Positions 18,865 through 27,050 of a stretch of DNA of 44,110 bases are shown piece by piece. The position numbers were made by a program, and so were the translations under genes. The stretch comes from a virus (lineage: Duplodnaviria > Caudoviricetes): IMG/VR virus record IMGVR_UViG_3300030376_001719, positions 1 through 44,110 of that record; one strand, given 5' to 3'. Within the stretch, counting starts at the first letter, position 1. Each line of letters begins with the position of its first letter. Below the pieces are notes generated by a model that worked only from the letters and a program-made list of their open reading frames with translations, was not told the origin of the DNA and made no database searches.

Positions 18865-19640
18865 GCTTGTCCAATTTTAAAACTAGTTGACATCGGAGCA
18901 GCACCATACATAGCTGTGACACCATCAATCAGGGATGAAGTGACATCCATAAACAACGTATTGTTAGGAGGTTCCACATGCTCAGGACGCTGGAATTCTG
19001 GCAGTCCAGGAGGACCACCTAATGTAGGCAGAATAGAAGCCCGTGCACCAATCTTATACTTCTCATGAGCAAATCGTTTGTTGTCAATATCACTTTGTTT
19101 ATCAAAGGCATCAACAGTTCCAATCAGTTCACGAGCAGCAATTGCTTGGTTACGACCTAGTTGAGCTGCGTTCTGTACAGCACCACGTCCGGCTGTAACA
19201 CCAGTTCTACCAGAGGCAGCAGCAAATCCAGAGGATTGCATATAGCGAACCACCTGGTCTTGTTGTCTAAAAGCTTCTGCGGCAAAGACTTCATTCAGTT
19301 TTTGCTGGCGTTGAACATATACATCACCAGCATAATCATCTAAGAATGCTGCATCAGCCATTGACTGGTCAATCATTGCAGACCACTGTTGTTCAGTGTT
19401 CTGAATATCAGCCAGGTAATTACCGATTGTTAGTTTATAGTTCTCAGCAATCCGTCGATTAGCACGGTTAGCAGCTTTTCTAGCCCTGCCTTTAGCTTTT
19501 CTAAAGTTGTGTTGTTGTTGGTTGTGTTTTAAAAGACCACCGACCAAGCCTTTACCGAAGGTCAGAGCGCCGATGCCAGCAGATAAGCCACTAATCTTTT
19601 TATTCATAGTAGCTTCAACCATACTACTTGATTCATCCAT
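18861..19640 (-). CDS. Internal virion protein (T7 gp14 position)
   Basis: 259 aa, Ala/Gln-rich, first gene after tail tube B. Confidence 0.7.
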   Translation of the reverse strand: MDESSSMVEATMNKKISGLSAGIGALTFGKGLVGGLLKHNQQQHNFRKAKGRARKAANRANRRIAENYKLTIGNYLADIQNTEQQWSAMIDQSMADAAFLDDYAGDVYVQRQQKLNEVFAAEAFRQQDQVVRYMQSSGFAAASGRTGVTAGRGAVQNAAQLGRNQAIAARELIGTVDAFDKQSDIDNKRFAHEKYKIGARASILPTLGGPPGLPEFQRPEHVEPPNNTLFMDVTSSLIDGVTAMYGAAPMSTSFKIGQA

Positions 19641-19642
19641 AG

Positions 19643-22600
19643 TTACGCTCTCCTATAATTCTTGTTGGTATATTCTCCTTCCCACGTCATAGAAATAAGT
19701 GTAACTGGCAGGGGATAAGAAGATTTAAGATGTAAATCCACATTAGTGTTTCGGTCATAGCAGGCTACAACGGTTTCATCGACATCACCGATAGCAATAG
19801 CGTCTGCTGTATATGAGTCAAACGTCTTTGCTTCATGTGTGGTTGAGAATGTATCTCTATATTTACGACCAAGTTCCATTTGGAAAGTGCCCGTAGAGTT
19901 AGTATTCACTTTAAAACGATGGATAATCAAACTGGATTGGACATCAGATCTAGCTGAATCACCCGCACCTTTAACAGGATAGATAACAGGGAACTGTACA
20001 TCCATTTCATAAGCATAACCTACAAATATACTTTGTGGAGTAATTGTAAGTGTGCATGTAGCAGTAGTAGCCGTGCCAACAGAAGCCTGGATAGTGACCA
20101 CATCACCTGTGGTATACCCTGAACCAGGGTTTACAATCTGTACTTTAGTCAGGTTACCGTCTACATCCACCACACCAGCTAGCAATAGACCTGTGCCTGT
20201 ACCACCTGTAGTGCCAAGACCGACGAATTTACCCGTGCTTAGGTTAGAGCCAACAGCAGCATTAGTAACTGCAATCTCGGTTTGCTCATTCCATCGTCCA
20301 CGCAACGTAACGGTTTGGAAAGTTGCATCAATTGTATTAATGCGAGCAGGAGTACCACCGGCTGATACAATATCAACAGCAAGACCATCAGCACCATCTC
20401 CAAGTTGGAATACAGTTAGACCAGTTGCAAAAGTAGTTGCATTTAATTTAGTTTGATCGTAAGTCCAAGGCAGAGTAAACGTGGTAGTATCTGTACCGGC
20501 ATCATAAGTCATGTCAGCACTAGGAACTTCACGCTTATTATCAAGGTACGTAATAATACCTTGGGTAGCGTTGTTAACTGTTACAGTACCATCGTTCTGT
20601 TTTAGTTCCATCTTTTGGATGGTAACGATATTAACGTCAGGATTAGCAGCCGTGTCTAAGTTACGTATAACGGCCCAGTAGGTGTCCCGAATGATGGTGT
20701 GGTAGATCACATCTCCACTCATCCTAAGCTTGAACCAGGCGGACTGTAGGCGTCTCTCCGTGGTGTTATAGTATCGATAGCCAAAGATATCTGGAGTACC
20801 AGAAGCCACAGTTAGTACAATAGTATTGTTTTTAGATGTAGCAATCCGGTTAATACCAGTTGGATATAGGTTCGATATAATCTTACTTTGTTCAATAACT
20901 TCAGGCTGTCCCTCTCTAGGAGGGTTAGCCATCTCATATAGCCGGGTGTTACTACCTTCATCATTTAGGAATCCAATAGTAGTACCAAGAGAGAAAGGAC
21001 TAACGTTTTCGTTGTAGTTAAACGACGACACAAAGTTAATCTTAGCTGTCTCAGGTGACAACACATCATTATCAGTAGTCAGCATGAACTGCTCAGTACG
21101 ACTGAACAGGACAAGACCGGTGTTAACTTCGATAGAGTCGAACAGGGTAGCTGGGTTAGGAGACGCAGCTGACAGGTCGATAGGATCCTTTGCAGTGATA
21201 GCTAGTGCAGTCGATACAAAGAAGTTAAAGAAGTCACCAGGGCGACTGAGGATCAAGTTCTGCCTAGACAACAAGCCAAGCCTGTTTCTAAACAGAGTCA
21301 CATTATTGATTGTATTACCGATGAAAGACGGTGTAGGGTTGGTAAGCGTGTCACCTACTGTACGTTGTGCATACTCTGTAGGACACACAAGGAATGAACC
21401 ATCACTCTGACGGAACATAATGTGTGGCATCGTGGTGTTATCAATCGTAGTTGCAACACCTGCTTCACGCCACTCTTCCCACGTGCCCTGTCCATCATCA
21501 CCGTTAGCACCAGCAAACCTCACGTAGTAATCATCTTCAAGGTTACCACTGTTTGCAATACGCAGTCTGTACTCATGCCTAGCCTGGTCAGGCAGCAGGG
21601 TAATGTCCTGCACCTCATCGGTGAAGACATTCATGATCTGACGTTCTGGTGTCTCTAGTGAGAACGTAGTTGCATCGTTTAGAGCTGTGATAGTAAAGGT
21701 AAGATCCGGGGGATCAGAGTTAGTAGAAGTGTTCAGCTGATCACCAGTCAACGTAATCGTATCACCAACAGCATACCCAAAACCTGGGTCAACAATTGTG
21801 ATACCAGTGATGTTATTAGCATGGTGTTGAACAGTTACAGTCAGATCTTCACCATCACCGCTAGTGGTAGGTGAGATTGCTGTAGTTGGAACATGGTTGT
21901 AATTACCTGTTGTGGTAGGCAGAGCTGAAAGATCAAACGTCGTTACACCAGTACCACTAGAGAAGTAAAGACCGTTACCAATCTTCTTAACACCAAAACC
22001 TTCAGCCAGTACCTTAGTTCTCAAATCATCCAGCAATGCCTCAACGGTAGCAGTAGTAGCACCAGTTTGAGCAGAGATAATCTCAATAGTGTTACCACCA
22101 CGGAGAATGTTAAACTGGTAGATTTGGCTAAATGCTAGAGTAGTGATCTCTACGAAACCCTCAGCAATAGCAGCAGGTTCTACATCAGCAGTCATTGCTG
22201 TTACTGTGTCCCTATTGACAAACGCAGTGGTGTCGTTGATAGTTAGGGTTTTAATACGGTCACTATCTGTGTGCTCTAGGTACTCACAGTTAGTGTCAGA
22301 AGTAGTAGGAGCAATGGTACCTGCTTCATTCAAGTCATTGATGCTGTGACCAACATCATCATACTTAACATTAAGTTGTTCACCAGCTAAGCCAGTGAAG
22401 TAGGTAATCTGTGCACCAGCTGCAAAACCAGTGATAGTAATAACATCACCGTGCTCATAAGCATTAGCAGATGGATCACCCATACGGTTAATCCCAACGA
22501 ATGAAATTAAACCAGCAGCATTAACAGTAACGTTAACTGTCAATCCAGTAGCAGCACCATCTGTTGTGTTAGTAGTGGCAATGTTAGTTGTAGTGCCAGG

Positions 22601-22969
22601 TGTGAAACCAGACCCATGATTAGTGACTACAACGTACTCACGTGATTGAACATCAGCATTGTTAGCGTTGTTACGGTAGGTACGCAGTGGTGCATCTATA
22701 ACACGGAACACATCCACGGTACCACCAGTGCGAACAGAACCAATGTACTGCTCGTTAGGATCACGATAAATGTCAAACCATTTACCCAGGTGTGCATTAG
22801 CTCCTGTATCTTCACGTAGAAATTCACATCCTGGACGCTTACCCAGCATCCTGGTGACGTCAGGTAGAGCGTTTACACAATCTTTAACCTGACCCGAAAG
22901 TTTAAGTTGGTCAGGTTGTTCTGAGATACCCGCAACATAGCTCGGGATTGTTTGACTAATAGAACTCAT
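19643..22969 (-). CDS. Tail tubular protein B (T7 gp12-like), with inserted domains
   Basis: SQTIPSYVAGISEQPD start, PSFIG...FRNRLG, DPID, QSAWFK, C-terminal WEGEY; 1108 aa. Confidence 0.93.
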   Translation of the reverse strand: MSSISQTIPSYVAGISEQPDQLKLSGQVKDCVNALPDVTRMLGKRPGCEFLREDTGANAHLGKWFDIYRDPNEQYIGSVRTGGTVDVFRVIDAPLRTYRNNANNADVQSREYVVVTNHGSGFTPGTTTNIATTNTTDGAATGLTVNVTVNAAGLISFVGINRMGDPSANAYEHGDVITITGFAAGAQITYFTGLAGEQLNVKYDDVGHSINDLNEAGTIAPTTSDTNCEYLEHTDSDRIKTLTINDTTAFVNRDTVTAMTADVEPAAIAEGFVEITTLAFSQIYQFNILRGGNTIEIISAQTGATTATVEALLDDLRTKVLAEGFGVKKIGNGLYFSSGTGVTTFDLSALPTTTGNYNHVPTTAISPTTSGDGEDLTVTVQHHANNITGITIVDPGFGYAVGDTITLTGDQLNTSTNSDPPDLTFTITALNDATTFSLETPERQIMNVFTDEVQDITLLPDQARHEYRLRIANSGNLEDDYYVRFAGANGDDGQGTWEEWREAGVATTIDNTTMPHIMFRQSDGSFLVCPTEYAQRTVGDTLTNPTPSFIGNTINNVTLFRNRLGLLSRQNLILSRPGDFFNFFVSTALAITAKDPIDLSAASPNPATLFDSIEVNTGLVLFSRTEQFMLTTDNDVLSPETAKINFVSSFNYNENVSPFSLGTTIGFLNDEGSNTRLYEMANPPREGQPEVIEQSKIISNLYPTGINRIATSKNNTIVLTVASGTPDIFGYRYYNTTERRLQSAWFKLRMSGDVIYHTIIRDTYWAVIRNLDTAANPDVNIVTIQKMELKQNDGTVTVNNATQGIITYLDNKREVPSADMTYDAGTDTTTFTLPWTYDQTKLNATTFATGLTVFQLGDGADGLAVDIVSAGGTPARINTIDATFQTVTLRGRWNEQTEIAVTNAAVGSNLSTGKFVGLGTTGGTGTGLLLAGVVDVDGNLTKVQIVNPGSGYTTGDVVTIQASVGTATTATCTLTITPQSIFVGYAYEMDVQFPVIYPVKGAGDSARSDVQSSLIIHRFKVNTNSTGTFQMELGRKYRDTFSTTHEAKTFDSYTADAIAIGDVDETVVACYDRNTNVDLHLKSSYPLPVTLISMTWEGEYTNKNYRRA

Positions 22970-23610
22970 CGCTGCAATGCATCAGTAGGAGAGAAAGAAT
23001 GCCACACAGTTCCATCACGCCAACCCATCATGCTGTAGTCACCCTGGTTGCACTCATATTCCATGCAATATGCTTGGGCTCGAACTTCATTCTGTTGTAG
23101 CATCTGGACTAGTTGTGGGTTAGAGACAAGCTGTGCTGCTGCACGGGTAGCTGCTCTGTAAATAACTAGACGTTTAAAAGGTTGGGGTAGATTATCAAAC
23201 TCTAGAAGGTAGACATAATCAAGATCAATAGTACCGTCATTGTTCAGTAGACCTTTGGCTTTAGTAAACTCGTTAGTGTGCTGCACTTTGTCATACAGCT
23301 TACCATCTTTGATAATAACGTTGACATTACGGTTAGCAAAGTCACCTGACATATCAACCTGCAACACATCATCAGTAATTAAGATCTGATCGTTTGCATC
23401 AGGGGTCTTGGTGATGTGAGTCTCAGTGTTGAATGACCAGCCCTCACTCTGTACATCTCGGTTACATTCTTGCAACAGTTGGTAGATGTAGGAGATCTCA
23501 GGGTTAGCGTAATCAAGTGTAGTAATAGGTGCTTGACCGATCGCTCCCAGCACTTGATTGACTGCGGATAGTTCGGTATCGGTCTTAAATGTGGAAGAAG
23601 AAACGGTCAT
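22966..23610 (-). CDS. Tail tubular protein A (T7 gp11-like)
   Basis: TELSAVNQVLGAIGQAP...VQSEGWSFNTE motif. Confidence 0.93.
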   Translation of the reverse strand: MTVSSSTFKTDTELSAVNQVLGAIGQAPITTLDYANPEISYIYQLLQECNRDVQSEGWSFNTETHITKTPDANDQILITDDVLQVDMSGDFANRNVNVIIKDGKLYDKVQHTNEFTKAKGLLNNDGTIDLDYVYLLEFDNLPQPFKRLVIYRAATRAAAQLVSNPQLVQMLQQNEVRAQAYCMEYECNQGDYSMMGWRDGTVWHSFSPTDALQR

Positions 23611-23616
23611 AGTTTT

Positions 23617-23645
23617 AAAGAAAAAGGGGAGCCATAAGACTCCCC
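23617..23645 (-). terminator. Rho-independent terminator (T-phi equivalent)
   Basis: GGGGAG-TCTTATGG-CTCCCC followed by TTTTTCTTT, between capsid cluster and tail tube A. Confidence 0.85.
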
Positions 23646-23652
23646 AGTATAA

Positions 23653-23943
23653 TCAGGTGGTGCGGTCGATAGCGGGGCTATCAGCCTCAACACCAGTGTA
23701 AGCGAATCGGAGTCCCTGGGTCACAGAGAACACTTCAGAGCGGTTACCGCCCGAGTTGGTAGCACCAGAAAAAGTGCCGCCCTGGGTACGGGCAACGGAG
23801 TGGCGGATGGCTTCATCAAAGCCTTCGCACTCTTTGTCACCTGCAGCCAAGGTACCAGTGATAGCACCGTAGTCGTTACCCAGACCAGCGTCAAGGGTTC
23901 CAGCTACACCGTTATCACCGGCAGCAGTTGCAGCGTTTGCCAT
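23653..23943 (-). CDS. Small Gly/Ala-rich virion (capsid accessory) candidate
   Basis: 96-aa ORF inside the capsid transcription unit. Confidence 0.7.
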   Translation of the reverse strand: MANAATAAGDNGVAGTLDAGLGNDYGAITGTLAAGDKECEGFDEAIRHSVARTQGGTFSGATNSGGNRSEVFSVTQGLRFAYTGVEADSPAIDRTT

Positions 23944-23961
23944 AGTATTAATTGATTAAGA

Positions 23962-24138
23962 TCAGTTAGTTGCGCCTAGTTCGTCACCATTAGCAGCTTT
24001 GTCCTGCACACCACCAGACACTGTACGCCCAATCTCTACAGGAGAGGGAGGGTTCAAAGTGAGGCTAGCGATGTGATCACCAGGAAGCATTGCATTAGTT
24101 TGAGTGACAATCCGGCTAGTTCCAGGAGTAATAGCCAT
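23962..24138 (-). CDS. 58-aa protein downstream of major capsid
   Basis: Hand-translated MAITPGTSRIVTQTNAMLPGDHIASLTLNPPSPVEIGRTVSGGVQDKAANGDELGATN; AGGAG SD upstream. Confidence 0.75.
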   Translation of the reverse strand: MAITPGTSRIVTQTNAMLPGDHIASLTLNPPSPVEIGRTVSGGVQDKAANGDELGATN

Positions 24139-24152
24139 GTTAATCTCCTAAA

Positions 24153-25247
24153 TCAGGTAGCTTGCAGTTCGATAGCAGCAGCAGGGTTCAGAGTGCCACA
24201 GCCCATAGCCATACGGCCGACGACAAGATCGCCTTGGTACATGGTCTTGATGTCAGAACCAGAGGTTTGGATCGAAGGACCCATGGCTTCCACACAAGCG
24301 GCAGCATCACGGTAGTAGATCAGACCAGCGTGACTAGAGAAGTCACCACTGTAATCGTTGTTCTCACCTTCGACGGTTGCAACGGTACCAGCCAGGAAAG
24401 GCAGGTTGTTGGAACGCTTGATGTCAATACCAGCAATGCTGTACACACCGTTACCAGCCTGCAGGTTAGTACCTTGGCTGTCGCGGTTCAAGATGTTGGT
24501 GTCTACTTGTGAGACCAACGCATAATACTGACGAGGGGAGAGGACAGCGGTACGCCCGTTCTTAGGCATATTCTTTTCGTCAAGAATGGAAGCGGCTTCA
24601 AAGAAGGCGTCAACCAGGGCTTGAGCGTTGTACTCGTTGTTGTCACCCAGACGGATCACAGAACCACCAGGCTCAGGACCAGGAGCGGCAGAGATAGGAT
24701 GAGCTTCACGTGCTGCCAGAGCAATCGTACGGAAGATCTTCTTGTCATAAGCCTCAGCCAGAGCGTGACCGATCTTGGCAGAGATTTCACTCCTCAGGGA
24801 GTAATGAGCCAGAGTCTCATCGAGGTCATAGACAAATGCGCTGGAGATCAGCAGATCATCCATGACGATGGTCTTCTCAGCCACAGGGATACCACTACCC
24901 AGACCAGCTGCGTTATCAGCGGAACCGAGGATAGGCAGACCAGGGGTGTGGTACTCAGCCGACATGCGACCGGTGAAGATAAACTGAGCAGCCTTGCCGT
25001 TGCGGAGCTGACGGCTTTGAACGGTGCCCTTAGCGATCGTAGCGCTTTCATACGCCTTGATCATTTCGCCCGTAAAGAGCTTCAGGTAAGTTGCATACTT
25101 AGCGTCGTATGCACTAACGGTCTGACCATTGATGGTGACGGTATCACCGAAGCCGGTGCGACCCAGACCAGGGTTACGGTTTACAGAACCGAAAGAAGTA
25201 CCGCGAACTTCATTGTTCGCAAAAGTAGGTACGTTAAAAGTTGCCAT
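24153..25247 (-). CDS. Major capsid protein (T7 gp10-like)
   Basis: YLKLFTGE, NGKAAQFIFTGR, EKTIVMDDLL, YQGDLVVGRMAMGCGTLNPAAAIEL. Confidence 0.97.
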   Translation of the reverse strand: MATFNVPTFANNEVRGTSFGSVNRNPGLGRTGFGDTVTINGQTVSAYDAKYATYLKLFTGEMIKAYESATIAKGTVQSRQLRNGKAAQFIFTGRMSAEYHTPGLPILGSADNAAGLGSGIPVAEKTIVMDDLLISSAFVYDLDETLAHYSLRSEISAKIGHALAEAYDKKIFRTIALAAREAHPISAAPGPEPGGSVIRLGDNNEYNAQALVDAFFEAASILDEKNMPKNGRTAVLSPRQYYALVSQVDTNILNRDSQGTNLQAGNGVYSIAGIDIKRSNNLPFLAGTVATVEGENNDYSGDFSSHAGLIYYRDAAACVEAMGPSIQTSGSDIKTMYQGDLVVGRMAMGCGTLNPAAAIELQAT

Positions 25248-25314
25248 TGTAATGTAGAGAGTGTATGTTTTACAGTCTCTTAGAGCTCTAAGATATTAAG
25301 TTGAAAATTTTTTT

Positions 25315-25412
25315 GTGGTAAAATTCAACGTCTTACCGAACGTTCGGCAATTGGTTATCCCGTAGGGCCAAAAGCCAAAAGAAGGGAGAGTCCGACTCTG
25401 AGGTGCTCTCCC
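25315..25412 (-). other. Structured leader element, copy B (upstream of major capsid)
   Basis: Hairpin GGGAGAG/CTCTCCC, then TTGGCCCTACGGGA, palindrome CCGAACGTTCGG and GGTAA/TTACC stem. Confidence 0.6.
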
Positions 25413-25418
25413 AACGTA

Positions 25419-25799
25419 TCACGCAACAGTGATAGTAAGGGTTTCAGTGTGAGGGGAGTTGTCAGCTTGTGCGTTAGTAGCAACAACCTGAAGGACACAA
25501 GAACCACCAGTAGCATTAGCTGCCAGGTTGCACACACGTGCAGTGTTGTCAGTCAACGTAGTAGTGGTAGTGGTGTCAGTCTTAGTCCAAGCATAAGTGG
25601 TGGCAACGCCATTCACATTAGCAGGGAAGTTGTTAGCAGTGTAGTCACTGTTAGTGGAGACAGCCAGGGAGGTGTCACCTTCGACATAACCGACACCCAG
25701 GTCACGACCGTAGTCAGTCACGGTTGAAACCGGTTGACCAAGGGGATTTTCATCCGTGGGTTCACCACGGGAAGTTTCATAGATTGCAGGTACGCGCAT
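25419..25799 (-). CDS. Thr-rich beta-sandwich-like protein (capsid decoration candidate)
   Basis: 126 aa, ends TETLTITVA; adjacent to capsid gene. Confidence 0.7.
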   Translation of the reverse strand: MRVPAIYETSRGEPTDENPLGQPVSTVTDYGRDLGVGYVEGDTSLAVSTNSDYTANNFPANVNGVATTYAWTKTDTTTTTTLTDNTARVCNLAANATGGSCVLQVVATNAQADNSPHTETLTITVA

Positions 25800-25805
25800 A
25801 ATTAA

Positions 25806-26048
25806 TTACCAATCAGCAAGAGTATTAGGTTGAACAGCTACACCAATGTTAGCATCTCCAGTATCAACACCGACAAGATTACGGCAGTCAGCTAGCCTTT
25901 GTGCTTTACTGCCACTGTCGGGGTTGTCTCCTTCCGCCTGATTACCAGGGATAAAGAGAGGATCATCAGATGCATTGGTCACATATAGAACACGGAAAGT
26001 AGCAGGCATGTCATTTGTGCTGCCTTTTCCGAAACGTGATCGAGACAT
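25806..26048 (-). CDS. Hypothetical protein
   Basis: 80-aa ORF downstream of leader copy A. Confidence 0.7.
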   Translation of the reverse strand: MSRSRFGKGSTNDMPATFRVLYVTNASDDPLFIPGNQAEGDNPDSGSKAQRLADCRNLVGVDTGDANIGVAVQPNTLADW

Positions 26049-26070
26049 GTTGTTAATAATAGATTTTAAT

Positions 26071-26152
26071 GTGGTCTATTCCCACCGTCTAGACGGCGAA
26101 GGGTGTCCCGTAGGGCCAACGCCAATAGGCAGGGGAGGAATTGCACCTCCCC
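26071..26152 (-). other. Structured leader element, copy A
   Basis: Hairpin GGGGAG-GTGCAATTC-CTCCCC, then TTGGCCCTACGGGA, palindrome CCGTCTAGACGG and GTGG/CCAC stem. Confidence 0.6.
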
Positions 26153-26158
26153 AAAAGT

Positions 26159-26263
26159 CTACTTGCCAGATTTAATGTAAGTAACGCCGCGATACTTCAG
26201 CTTGGCTTGCTTGACAGCAGCCTTTTGCTCTTTAACGCGAGCTTGCAGTTCAACGGTAGGCAT
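26159..26263 (-). CDS. DUF4278-like short peptide (34 aa)
   Basis: MPTVELQARVKEQKAAVKQAKLKYRGVTYIKSGK with LxYRGVxY motif; GGAG SD 7 nt upstream; downstream of riboswitch. Confidence 0.8.
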   Translation of the reverse strand: MPTVELQARVKEQKAAVKQAKLKYRGVTYIKSGK

Positions 26264-26277
26264 TGAATTTCTCCGAA

Positions 26278-26500
26278 GTACCACACCCCCGTTCCATGGT
26301 GTGGCGTCATGCGTCCAACATGAAAGTCTCCTCTAGGAGTACACGTTGCAGGCTATCTCTCAGATACGTATAGTATTGCTGCTCCACAGGATCCCCACCT
26401 GGCCATTGGTCAAGTGCGAAGTTCACTGCTTTGTGCATCATGCGGAGAGAGGTGGCTGTAAATTGTAGCTCGTAGATGTTGTCTTCCATGAGGATGAACG
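26278..26500 (-). promoter_or_regulatory. Glutamine riboswitch (Downstream-peptide / glutamine-II type) with expanded P2 loop
   Basis: 5' CGTTCATCC (26500-26492) and 3' GGACGCATGACGCCACACCATGGAACGGGGGTGTGG (26316-26281); CGTTC/GAACG and CCACACC/GGTGTGG pairings; upstream of YRGV peptide. Confidence 0.75.
26307..26489 (-). CDS. 60-aa protein encoded inside the riboswitch
   Basis: MEDNIYELQF...WPGGDPVEQ...LLEETFMLDA; amphipathic and protein-like; fills the gap exactly. Confidence 0.7.
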   Translation of the reverse strand: MEDNIYELQFTATSLRMMHKAVNFALDQWPGGDPVEQQYYTYLRDSLQRVLLEETFMLDA

Positions 26501-26509
26501 TACGTTACT

Positions 26510-26881
26510 TTAGAATTTGTACTTAACACCGGTCTTGGCACCAACGCCGAGACCTTCAAGCTCCAAGCCTTCAGACGTGATGGCAGAGACTTCACCATAG
26601 ACGGAGAGTTTCTTAGTCACATCGACACCGAGACCGACTTTGCCAGAGGCAGCACCGACTTGCTCAGCGTCATCCGGGAAGGAGATGGCAGGACCCCCTT
26701 GAATGTACCAGCTTGCGCTGTCACCCAGGGAGTTTTCATAGCCCACGTGAGTCTCCAACAAAGCACCTTGGTAGTCCTCACCGGACCAGCCTTGGTTAGC
26801 TTCGACGTTCAAGTATGCACCAGCCATAGCAGGCAGGGCGAAAGAAGACAGCGCGAGGGTGGAAAGAGCGATAGTTTTCAT
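26510..26881 (-). CDS. Small outer-membrane beta-barrel-like protein
   Basis: Signal peptide, alternating beta pattern, C-terminal KYKF. Confidence 0.75.
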   Translation of the reverse strand: MKTIALSTLALSSFALPAMAGAYLNVEANQGWSGEDYQGALLETHVGYENSLGDSASWYIQGGPAISFPDDAEQVGAASGKVGLGVDVTKKLSVYGEVSAITSEGLELEGLGVGAKTGVKYKF

Positions 26882-26891
26882 AGTAATTAGT

Positions 26892-27050
26892 TTAAGCTTT
26901 CTTTGGTTTCTTTGCAGTTTTTGCGGAGCGTTTGAAGTTAGCAGCCGTAGGTGCTCCAGCAGCCCCAGGCTTCCTCATTTTTTCACCACTGCCAGCAGCG
27001 ATACGCTTACGCTTGGCGTGGATGTTGGCATACAATCCTTGTTTAGCCAT
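26892..27050 (-). CDS. 52-aa basic protein
   Basis: Hand-translated MAKQGLYANIHAKRKRIAAGSGEKMRKPGAAGAPTAANFKRSAKTAKKPKKA; start abuts upstream stop. Confidence 0.75.
   Translation of the reverse strand: MAKQGLYANIHAKRKRIAAGSGEKMRKPGAAGAPTAANFKRSAKTAKKPKKA

Noticed and set aside
24140-24175. gp10A/10B-type frameshift at the capsid end
   Set aside because: No slippery heptamer seen and the next ORF has its own AGGAG SD
24162-25283. Plus-strand ORFs of 116 and 220 aa antisense to the capsid gene
   Set aside because: Shadow ORFs from biased codon use; no motifs, and all credible genes are on the minus strand
25358-25371. TTGGCCCTACGGGA repeat as the phage RNAP promoter
   Set aside because: It sits within a larger pairing-conserved structure; the 21-bp repeat ending in GGG fits T7-family promoter layout better. 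Not fully excluded
26132-26152. T-arm-like hairpin GGGGAGGTGCAATTCCTCCCC suggesting a tRNA
   Set aside because: No acceptor, D or anticodon arms around it; kept only as part of the structured leader
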